Of a stretch of DNA of 64,000 nt, positions 52,033 to 60,137 are shown in pieces. Where the stretch lies: NCBI GenBank assembly GCA_037443365.1, contig JBBIOM010000004.1, forward strand, positions 1 to 64,000, written 5' to 3'. The notes beneath the pieces are model-generated. The model worked only from the letters and a program-made list of their open reading frames with translations, was not told the origin of the DNA and did not search any database. Every line of letters begins with the position of its first letter. Position 1 is the first letter of the stretch. A program made the translations under genes and the position numbers. This DNA is from Armatimonadota bacterium. Lineage in GTDB: Bacteria; Sysuimicrobiota; Sysuimicrobiia; Sysuimicrobiales; Humicultoraceae.

Positions 52033-53198
52033 TCGCTGACGCGCACATCGGTAATGCGGGTCGTGGCCGACCAGGTGGCGAACTCCTGGCAGATGCCGGG
52101 CGACAGTTCCACCGTGGCGCGGGCCGAGCCCCCCGCGGGAATCGCTCCGACCTTGGCCACACCGGACCGGCTGTCCTGCACGAATCGGGGAGCCGGCAGC
52201 ACCAGGCGACAGCCGCCCTCTATCTGAACAGCAACCGTGGCGCCTGCCACGGCAACAGGGCTGCGGTTCGTGACCACGACCACGAACCCCGCGGCAGCGC
52301 CCAGCCACTGCACTTGAGCCTCGAGCTGCTTGCCGACTATCTGCGCGAACTGCGCCATCCCCTTGATCTCACCGGCGTGCTCGGCCAGGGCACCGGTGAT
52401 CTGCCCGATCGGCCGGATGACGACGGTGTAGCGACGGACGACCTCGCCCACCTGCAGGCGAACCTCGAAGCCCGATGTCCTCCCGCGCGGCACGGGATTG
52501 GGGTAGACGGGAGCCGTTCCCTCTGCCACACGGCGCCCGGCTTCGCCAAACGCCCGCACCTCAGCGTAGACGGACATCGCCGGGCCCTGGTTCTCCACTG
52601 TGCCTGCGACGATCAGCGTGGCATCCTCTACGCGCGCGGACGATGCCCGGATACTCCACGCGGCAGGCTGCGCCGTGGGCGCAGCGGTGGGCGCCCCTGG
52701 CTGTGGGCGGGGCGCTGGCACTTCGACGCGCAGGCCTGTCTCTGCCCTGAAGACCTCCACCGTCTCGGCCTTCTCACGACGCACCAGGAAGGCCACACCG
52801 GCGAAGGGGTAGGAGAGAAGGTCTCCGTCCGGGGTCGCCGTGACGACGCTCGCGGACGCGCCCGCATAAGCGCTCCGAACCGCGGCGAGGGTGGAGCCAG
52901 GTCCGATGCCGCGCGCCGTGCGGCACGCCGGCGTGCGCGTGCTGATGCGCTCGACGAACCCGTAGTCGGTCACCATCTGTGCCCAGGGCTCGCGCAGGGC
53001 GTAGACCACGCGCGTTCCCGACTCCACCGCGCGCAGGGGCGTGCCCGTGGTGGCAATGGCCGCGGCCACACCCATCCCGAGCCGCACCCCGGCGATGCCG
53101 GCACCTTCCGCGATCACGCACTCGGCCGGACCTCCAGCGGACCAGCGACCCGGCGCCGCCAGCACCAGCGCGACTGCAAGAACCCACGCTCTGCGCAT
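52029..53198 (-). CDS. hypothetical exported protein (beta-rich, Ig-like C-terminal domains)
   Basis: Signal-peptide-like MRRAWVLAVALVLAAP, Pro/Ala linker, VAGTVENQG motif. Confidence 0.65.
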   Translation of the reverse strand: MRRAWVLAVALVLAAPGRWSAGGPAECVIAEGAGIAGVRLGMGVAAAIATTGTPLRAVESGTRVVYALREPWAQMVTDYGFVERISTRTPACRTARGIGPGSTLAAVRSAYAGASASVVTATPDGDLLSYPFAGVAFLVRREKAETVEVFRAETGLRVEVPAPRPQPGAPTAAPTAQPAAWSIRASSARVEDATLIVAGTVENQGPAMSVYAEVRAFGEAGRRVAEGTAPVYPNPVPRGRTSGFEVRLQVGEVVRRYTVVIRPIGQITGALAEHAGEIKGMAQFAQIVGKQLEAQVQWLGAAAGFVVVVTNRSPVAVAGATVAVQIEGGCRLVLPAPRFVQDSRSGVAKVGAIPAGGSARATVELSPGICQEFATWSATTRITDVRVSD

Positions 53199-53288
53199 CC
53201 GCACGGCAATCACCACCTGGATACTACGACGCAACGCCCAAAGTCCCTCCACCGGCCGTGATGCTGCGTGATCGAGAACCCGGCCTTC

Positions 53289-53317
53289 TTGCCGATCGCG
53301 CAGGGCGCGCTTACAAT
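53289..53317 (+). promoter_or_regulatory. selC promoter
   Basis: TTGCCG-17 nt-TACAAT. Confidence 0.75.
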
Positions 53318-53341
53318 CTAGCTGCGGCCCGAAGGCCGCGC

Positions 53342-53436
53342 GGAGGGCATTGTTCGCTGGTGCGGGCCCCGGTCTTCAAAACCGGTCGCTGGGCTTGACG
53401 GTCCAGGCTGGGTTCGATTCCCAGGGCCCTCCGCCA
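53342..53436 (+). tRNA. selC: tRNA-Sec (anticodon UCA)
   Basis: Anticodon arm CCGGT-CTTCAAA-ACCGG, 6-bp D stem with TGGT loop, long variable arm, CTGGG-TTCGATT-CCCAG T arm, GCCA end. Confidence 0.95.
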
Positions 53437-53486
53437 GCCCCTGCTGTGGAGGGCATAGCAGCCGCCTGACCCGAGGAGCCCCGAAC

Positions 53487-53846
53487 ATGATCTCTCATTC
53501 ACGCGCAGCAGGGGGCCTGATCCTGCTTCTCATCGTCACGATATCCGCCGCGACCGGTGCCGTCATCACGAGGGCGGTGGATCAGGCCAGGGGCGTGCGG
53601 GTCTCCATGGGGTATGATGGCAGCGAAGTGCTCCTCTGGAACTCCACGGCCCAGACCTGGAGAATCTGCTCGGTGGTCCTGGACAACCGCTACGGCCTGG
53701 AGACCGCAAGCATCCCGGTGCGCACCCTGCTGATGCTTCCCAAGCGCCTGTTCGGAGCACCCGATGATTGGGAGCCGCGGCGGGCGGTCGTACGGTGTGA
53801 GGAACCCAGGAGCGGTTCCTGGGAGAGCCGGGTCAGCCCTTACTAG
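53487..53846 (+). CDS. hypothetical exported or membrane-anchored protein
   Basis: GAGGAG RBS, N-terminal hydrophobic helix, two Cys. Confidence 0.6.
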   Translation: MISHSRAAGGLILLLIVTISAATGAVITRAVDQARGVRVSMGYDGSEVLLWNSTAQTWRICSVVLDNRYGLETASIPVRTLLMLPKRLFGAPDDWEPRRAVVRCEEPRSGSWESRVSPY

Positions 53847-53902
53847 CGCCGATACGGCGCCCGACCGATGGCCTGCTTCCATGCTGGCCGATAGGGTGAA
53901 GC

Positions 53903-55003
53903 GTGATGGGACCCGCAGACGCCGGCCGCCAGCAGCCCGGCCCGCCCCTGGCGCAGCCTGCGGCGACGCACGCCCGCAGAAACCCGATCCGGCGCCTGGC
54001 CCGGGCGCCGCTGCTGCTCAAGATCCTGGTGGCCAACGCCGGCATCGTGGTGCTGGGCGCCGTGGCCGGGACAGCGATCTCGCTCCGCCACGGTGCCGTC
54101 CATCCCGGCGCCCCGCACTACGACCTTATGATCCTCTTTGGGACAGCCGGCGTGGCGGTGAGCGTGGCCGTCAACTTCCTGGTGCTGCGGGCCGTGTTGA
54201 GGCCACTGGATCACCTGCAGCGGGCCGTGGACGCGGTGGCCGAGGGGGAGCGCGGCGTGCGCGTGGCACGCTACGGCCTCTCCGATGACCGCCTCGACCA
54301 CCTGGCCGACACCTTTGACCGCATGATCGCGGCGCTGGAGGAGCAGGCCGAGCGGCTGCGGCTGTTGCCCGGGCAGATCCTCCGGGCGCAGGAGGAGGAG
54401 CGGCGCCGGGTGGCGCGCGAACTGCACGACGAGGCCGCCCAGTCGCTCACATCGCTGCTGGTGCGCCTGCGGCTGCTGGAGCAGGCCCAGGCGCCGGAGG
54501 CGGCGCAGCAGCGGGTCGCCGAGCTGCGCCGGCTCACAGCGCGGGCCCTCGACGACGTGCGGCGGATCGCCCTGGAGATGCGGCCCTCGGTTCTCGACGA
54601 CCTGGGGCTGGCTGATGCGCTCCACGCGCACGTCGACGGCCTCAACGCGTCTGGCAGTACGCGGATCAGCCTGCTGACCGAGGGCCTCGGCGTCCGCCTG
54701 GAACCCGGGGTGGAGTTGGCCCTCTACCGGGTGGCCCAGGAGGCACTGACCAACGCCAGGCGGCACGCCCGGGCGTCGGCGGCACGGGTGCGGATCCACC
54801 GGGAGGGGTCCGACGTCGTCCTGGAGGTGGAGGATGACGGCGCCGGCTTCGACCCGCATCAGGCCTCCTCCAGAGGGAGCGGGCTAGGCCTGGCCGGCAT
54901 GCGCGAGCGCATGGGTCTGATTGGCGGGACGCTGACGATCAGGTCAGCCCCAGGGCAGGGGACCACGGTGGTGGCGCGGGTCAGCCTGAGGGAGCGGAGG
55001 TAG
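53903..55003 (+). CDS. sensor histidine kinase (NarX/HisKA_3 type, HAMP)
   Basis: Two TMs, HAMP, EEERRRVARELHDE, YRVAQEALTNARRH, DDGAGF, GLGLAGMRER. Confidence 0.93.
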   Translation: MMGPADAGRQQPGPPLAQPAATHARRNPIRRLARAPLLLKILVANAGIVVLGAVAGTAISLRHGAVHPGAPHYDLMILFGTAGVAVSVAVNFLVLRAVLRPLDHLQRAVDAVAEGERGVRVARYGLSDDRLDHLADTFDRMIAALEEQAERLRLLPGQILRAQEEERRRVARELHDEAAQSLTSLLVRLRLLEQAQAPEAAQQRVAELRRLTARALDDVRRIALEMRPSVLDDLGLADALHAHVDGLNASGSTRISLLTEGLGVRLEPGVELALYRVAQEALTNARRHARASAARVRIHREGSDVVLEVEDDGAGFDPHQASSRGSGLGLAGMRERMGLIGGTLTIRSAPGQGTTVVARVSLRERR

Positions 55004-55008
55004 CCGGG

Positions 55009-55671
55009 ATGTCGGGGCCCATCCGCGTTCTGCTTGCCGATGACCACCCTGTTCTCCGTACCGGGCTGCGCACGTTGCTGGAGCAGGAACCCGACATGGC
55101 CGTTGTGGGTGAGGCCTCCGACGGGCACGAGGCGGTCGCTCTGGCGCAGCGGCTGCGCCCCGACGTGATCGTAATGGACATTAGCATGCCCGGGCTGGAC
55201 GGCCTTGAGGCCACGCGCCGGATACGCGCCCTCGGCCTGTCCTCCCCCGTCTTGATCCTGACGGTGCACGCCCAGGAGCGGTACCTGTTTCCGGTGCTCA
55301 AGGCCGGAGCCGCGGGCTACCTGAACAAGACCGCGGCGGACATGGAACTCGTGGCCGCGGCGCGCACCGTAGCCGGCGGTGGGGCGTTCCTGCACCCGGG
55401 CGCCACGCGCATGCTGCTCGAGGACTTCGTGACCCGCGTGCACACGGGCGCGGAGAAGGACAGCTTCGACCGGCTCAGCGAGCGAGAGCGCGAGGTCCTG
55501 AGGATGGTGGCCTCGGGTTACACTTCACGCGAGATCGCCGACCATCTCAGCCTGAGCCCAAAGAGCGTGGAGACGTATCGCGCCCGCATCATGGAGAAAC
55601 TGGAGCTGTCGACCCGCGCCGAGCTAGTGCGCTACGCCCTGCGGCGCGGCCTGCTGACAGGAGACGTGTAG
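55009..55671 (+). CDS. NarL/LuxR-family response regulator
   Basis: LLADDH, DVIVMDISMPGLDG, LSEREREVL, LSPKSVETYR. Confidence 0.95.
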   Translation: MSGPIRVLLADDHPVLRTGLRTLLEQEPDMAVVGEASDGHEAVALAQRLRPDVIVMDISMPGLDGLEATRRIRALGLSSPVLILTVHAQERYLFPVLKAGAAGYLNKTAADMELVAAARTVAGGGAFLHPGATRMLLEDFVTRVHTGAEKDSFDRLSEREREVLRMVASGYTSREIADHLSLSPKSVETYRARIMEKLELSTRAELVRYALRRGLLTGDV

Positions 55672-55785
55672 CTCAGCCGGTCGGGTAGCATTCCTGCCCG
55701 GGCATCCGTAGGGAAAACTTCCGCCAAGAAAATCCGACTTTTCCTGATTTCGCACCGCCTCTGCGCCGGTCACCATAGGGGCCGG

Positions 55786-56247
55786 GTGATGGATCCGATG
55801 GCCTTCTTCCTGCTTGTGGCCGAGTGCGACGCCGATTTCCGCGAGACGCTGCGGGAGATGACCGGCGCAGTGCGAGCCGCCCTTCCGATTGATCTTGAGG
55901 TCCAGGAAGCCACTTCGGCGAGTGAGACTCGCGTCACGCTCCAGGAACGGCGTCCCGATGCGCTGCTCCTGGACTGGAATGTGACGGCCGAGGGGACCGT
56001 GCCCTTCGTTCAAGAACTCCAGGGCCTCGCCCCCGGCATACGCATCATGGTGATGCTGCCCGAGGCGGCCGGGGAGTACCGGAGGGCCGTCTGGGCGGCA
56101 GGCGCCTGCGCGGGCATGCCGCGCGACCGCCTTGACGCCGAGTGCCTGGCCACGGCCATCTGCATCATGCAGCGCGCCAAGATGCGCGAGACGGCGCTGC
56201 GCTCCCGCGTGAGGGAACTCTGCCCGGCTACGGCCGAAGTGCTGTGA
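55786..56247 (+). CDS. stand-alone atypical receiver-domain protein
   Basis: PDALLLDW, VWAAGACAGMPR resembles a REC fold; no output domain; TGATG-coupled to psrA. Confidence 0.65.
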   Translation: MMDPMAFFLLVAECDADFRETLREMTGAVRAALPIDLEVQEATSASETRVTLQERRPDALLLDWNVTAEGTVPFVQELQGLAPGIRIMVMLPEAAGEYRRAVWAAGACAGMPRDRLDAECLATAICIMQRAKMRETALRSRVRELCPATAEVL

Positions 56248-58535
56248 TGAGGGTCTCCCGCAGGGAGTTCATGGTACTCGGCACCGGTGCCGCGGGTGCG
56301 CTGGCGGCGGCCTCTGCGCCCAGCCTGCTGCGCCGGTTCTTGCCGCCTCGCCGACGCTTCTGGTACCAGAACGCCACGACCGCCATCCCGACCGTGTGCG
56401 AGATGTGCCTGTGGCGGTGCGGCGCCATCGCACACGTTGCCGACGGCCGCGTGTGGAAGATTGACGGGCATCCCGACAACCCCAAGTCCAATGGTCGGCT
56501 GTGTGCGAGGGGCTTGGGAGGCCTGGGCGAGCTCTACGATCCCGACCGGCTCAAGAAGCCCCTGATCCGCACCGGGAAGCGGGGCGAGGGGACGTTTCGA
56601 GAGGCGTCCTGGGACGAGGCGCTCGACCTGTCGGCCAAGGCGCTGCTGGAGATCAAGGAGCAGTACGGTCCCGAGGCCGTCGCCTTCTTCGGGCACTATG
56701 CCGGGGACAAATGGTTCGTGGACTACCTGGCGCCAGCCTGGGGGTCTCCCAACGCCGGCAAACCCTCCGTAGCCCTGTGCACCACGCCCCGAGAGGTCGC
56801 GAGCAACCTGACCTTCGGCAGGCCGATTGGTGGCCACGAGCCGGTGGACTGGGACGATGTCCGCTACCTCGTGCTTTTCGGCACCCATATCGGCGAGAAC
56901 GCCCACAACACCATGATGCAGCAGTTCGCCGCAGCCCGGGCCCGGGGCGCCAAGGTCGCTGTCGTGGATCCTCGCTTCTCCACGGTGGCCTCTAAGGCCG
57001 ACCGGTACCTGCCGATCAAGCCCGGCACCGACACCGCGCTGCTGCTTGCCTGGATGCACTGGCTCATCGCCCGCGGCCACTACGACGCTGATTACATAGC
57101 GCGGTACGCCGAGGGCTTCGACAAACTTGCCGAGCACGTGAAGCCCTTCACGCCGGAGTGGGCCGCGAAGATCACCGATCTACCGGTCGAGCAGGTCGTG
57201 GAGGTCGCGAAGGACCTCTGCCGCTATCGGCCGCAGGCGGTCCTGGTGCCCGGCCGGCACGTGGTGTGGTACGGCAACGACACCCAGCGGATGCGGGCGC
57301 TGTACCTGGTCAACATCCTGCTGGGCAACTACGGCCGGCGCGGCGGGTTCTACATCGCGGAGTCGCCGTACATCGAGGACTACCCGCTGCCGCCGTTTCC
57401 TATCGGATCCGAAGCGGGCGGCTGAGCAGGTCCTGCGCCCTCCGGTCCGGAGGGCCCCTCAGATCGGAAGCCGCGCGCCGACGGGCAGGGAGCGCGGTTC
57501 CTGCGGGGCGGCGTCGCCATCCAGGAACTGGTCGAGCCCATGGTCTCGGGCCAGCCGTACCCGATCAAGGGCCTGGTGAGCTACGCCGTCAACCTGTTCC
57601 ACACCCTTCCGAATCCGGCACGCACACGCGAGGCCCTGGAGCGGCTCGACTTCCACCTGGCCATAGACATCCTGCCGCAGGAGCACACGCGCTGGGCCGA
57701 CGTCGTGCTCCCCGAGTGCACCTATCTCGAGCGCTACGACGACCTCATCACCGTGGCCCACAAGCGGCCCTTCATCGCGCTGCGGCAGCCTGTCGTTCAG
57801 CCCATGCACGACACCAAGCCGGGCTGGTGGATCGCCCGCGAACTGGGGCTCCGCCTGGGGCTGGAGCAGTACTTCCCCTGGAAGACGATCGAGGAGTACC
57901 TGGAGCAGCGCCTCAACTCGGTGGGCCTCACGCTGGAGGAGATGAAGCAGAAGGGCGTCAGCATCCAGAAGGGCCGGCCGTACCTGGAGGACTGGGAGGG
58001 GAGAGGGACGCCCTTCAAGATGACCGGGGGCAAGATCGTGATCTACTGCGAAGAACTCGCGAAGGCTGGGCACGATCCGCTGCCCCGCTACGAGCCGACC
58101 CCCGAGCCCCCAGAAGGGTACTTCCGGCTCATCTATGGCCGCGCGCCCGTCCACACTTTCGCGCGCACGCAGAACAACCCGGTGCTCGCCCGGCTGATGG
58201 CCGATAACGAGGTCTGGATCAATCGCGAGGCGGCCGCCGATCTCGGCCTCGCCGACGGTGATCGCGTCATGCTGGTCAACCAGGATGGCGCCAGGAGCGG
58301 GCCGGTCAGGGTGCGGGCCACCTCGCGCATCCGCAGGGACTGCGTCTACATGGTGCACGGTTTCGGCCACAACGCCCCTGGGATGCGCCGGGCCCACGGT
58401 CGAGGGGCCAGCGATACGGCACTGCAAACCCGTTATGCCATCGACCCGATCAGCGGTGGAGCCGGGTTGCGAGTCAACTTCGTCCGGCTGGAGCGGGGCA
58501 GCCGCACATCGCACCGCGCGGCCGGGAGGGCGTAG
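56247..58535 (+). CDS. psrA: polysulfide/thiosulfate/selenite reductase-type molybdopterin catalytic subunit, selenoprotein (UGA=Sec at 57423-57425)
   Basis: Tat signal SRREF, FS0 motif CEMCLWRC...C, Mo-ligand ALCTTPRE; ORFs 56142-57425 and 57540-58535 are in the same frame with only one TGA between them; 762 aa in total. Confidence 0.88.
57422..57462 (+). promoter_or_regulatory. bacterial SECIS element
   Basis: GCCCTCC-GGTCC-GGAGGGC stem-loop (57437-57455) begins 11 nt after the UGA; lower pairing CTGAG(57422-26)/CTCAG(57458-62). Confidence 0.8.
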
Positions 58536-58538
58536 GCG

Positions 58539-59111
58539 ATGGCGCGCTTTGGGATGGCGGTGGACCTCGATCGGTGCGTCGGTTGTCAGGCCTGCGCGGT
58601 AGCCTGCGCTGTGGAGAACGAGGTTCCCGAGGGCTTCGCGCGCCGGAGGGTAGGCGAGGTGGTCGCCGGTTGGGACCTCGACGACCTGCGTCTCCAGTTC
58701 CTGCACATGCAGTGCTACCACTGCGCCAACCCCCCCTGCATCCTGGTCTGCCCCACCGGCGCGACCTACATCAACCGCGACGGCCTCTGCCTTGTGGACT
58801 ACAACATCTGCATCGGCTGCCGGGCATGCGTCTCCGCCTGTCCCTACGGGATGCGCTACCCGCATCCGCGCGGCTTCGTGGACAAGTGCTCCATGTGTGA
58901 CCACCGGATCCACAGCGACCGTCATCCGGCCTGCGTCGAAGCGTGCCCCGCAGGAGCACTGGTCTTCGGTGACCTCGACGACCCGAACAGCGCCATCAGC
59001 CAGGCCGCCGCCGCGGCAAGCCGCGTCGAGGCAGACCGCCCAGAGACCGGCGCCCGGCCCAAGTTCCTCTTCCTCAACGCCCGGGTCAGTCCGCAGGAGG
59101 TGCGTCGGTGA
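58539..59111 (+). CDS. psrB: 4Fe-4S electron-transfer subunit (PsrB/NrfC type)
   Basis: CVGCQACAVAC, CYHCANPPCILVCP, CIGCRACVSACP, KCSMC...PACVEACP. Confidence 0.92.
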   Translation: MARFGMAVDLDRCVGCQACAVACAVENEVPEGFARRRVGEVVAGWDLDDLRLQFLHMQCYHCANPPCILVCPTGATYINRDGLCLVDYNICIGCRACVSACPYGMRYPHPRGFVDKCSMCDHRIHSDRHPACVEACPAGALVFGDLDDPNSAISQAAAAASRVEADRPETGARPKFLFLNARVSPQEVRR

Positions 59112-60034
59112 TCGAACTTCGCGACTCGGTCCTCAACACAACACTCCATCTGTGGGGCTGGGAGGTGGCGGTCTACCTGTTCCTGGGCGGCCTGGCAGCC
59201 GGGCTGCTGATCTTCGCCTCATCGGCGCACCTGGCCGGCCGTCGGCGGGAGTACTACCCAGCGGTCCGCGCGGCGACGCTGTGGACCCCGCCGATCATCC
59301 TGGTCGGCTTGGTCTCCCTCTGGCTCGACCTGGGCAGCAAGTGGAACCCGTTCTGGTTGTACCTGACCTTCCGGCCGTTGAGCCCGATGTCGTGGGGCGC
59401 CTGGATCCTGATCGCGGTGCTGCTCACCTCCTCGCTGGCCTCGGTCCCGGCGATCGCCGCACGAGGGGCATGGCCATGGCATCGGTCGAGAACAGCCCTA
59501 GACCGCCTCGCGCGATGGGTGGGGCCGCGCGTGCGCACGCTCTCTTGGTGGAATCTTGGCATGGGCGTGGCCCTGGGGGTCTATACCGGCGTCCTCCTCG
59601 GGACCATGGTCGCGCGCCCGGCGCTCAACAGCCCGCTGCTCGGCCCGCTGTTTCTGGTCTCCGGAGCATCTACCGCCGGGGCCCTGATCGTGATCCTCAT
59701 CCCCGGCGGGCCGTGGGGTCGCCTGCTGACCCGTGCCGAGGTGGCAGTGAAACTGATCAAGTTCTCGATGCTCGGGCTGTATCTGGTTGGCCTGGCGACC
59801 TCCACCGCCTATGCACAGGCCGCCGCCGCCACGCTGGTAGCCGGTGCCTGGGCCTGGGTATTCTGGCCGGTCGTCGTGGTGGCAGGCGTGCTGGCGCCTC
59901 TGGGGATCGCGCTGGCTGAGATCGTCACACACCGTGTCAGCCGCGCCCTGGCACTGCTATCCAGTTCGATGGTCCTGGCAGGCGGGCTGGCTCTCAGGAT
60001 CGTGCTGGTGTACGCCGGACAGCGCGGATTCTGA
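59108..60034 (+). CDS. psrC: NrfD/PsrC-family membrane anchor
   Basis: WGWEVAVYLFLGGLAAG, SPMSWGAW, YTGVLL, about 8 TMs. Confidence 0.92.
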   Translation: MIELRDSVLNTTLHLWGWEVAVYLFLGGLAAGLLIFASSAHLAGRRREYYPAVRAATLWTPPIILVGLVSLWLDLGSKWNPFWLYLTFRPLSPMSWGAWILIAVLLTSSLASVPAIAARGAWPWHRSRTALDRLARWVGPRVRTLSWWNLGMGVALGVYTGVLLGTMVARPALNSPLLGPLFLVSGASTAGALIVILIPGGPWGRLLTRAEVAVKLIKFSMLGLYLVGLATSTAYAQAAAATLVAGAWAWVFWPVVVVAGVLAPLGIALAEIVTHRVSRALALLSSSMVLAGGLALRIVLVYAGQRGF

Positions 60035-60137
60035 ACCGCGAAGGGAGGGAGACAGACTACTACCCGCATCCAGTTCGTCACGTGAAGGCCGCTCGTGAAC
60101 GAGCCCGACAACAACCATGCTTCAGGGAGGGAGTTTG

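Noticed and set aside
57411-57425. Termination at the UGA would leave a C-terminal Gly-Gly like sulfur-carrier proteins
   Set aside because: The fragment is half a molybdoenzyme, not a ubiquitin-like fold, so this is coincidental.
57437-57455. SECIS stem strands (GCCCTCC/GGAGGGC) equal the tRNA-Sec acceptor strands in swapped order
   Set aside because: A 7-mer match in GC-rich DNA is plausibly chance, and I know of no mechanism that would use it.
56142-58535. psrA as a pseudogene or as two separate genes
   Set aside because: Both parts share one frame with a single TGA, a SECIS-like hairpin follows, there is no RBS at 57540, partner genes are intact, and the Sec machinery is adjacent.
60035-60137. 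Short palindromes (TCACGTGA, CTCGTGAACGAG) between psrC and the rhodanese gene
   Set aside because: They are too short and match no operator I can name with confidence.
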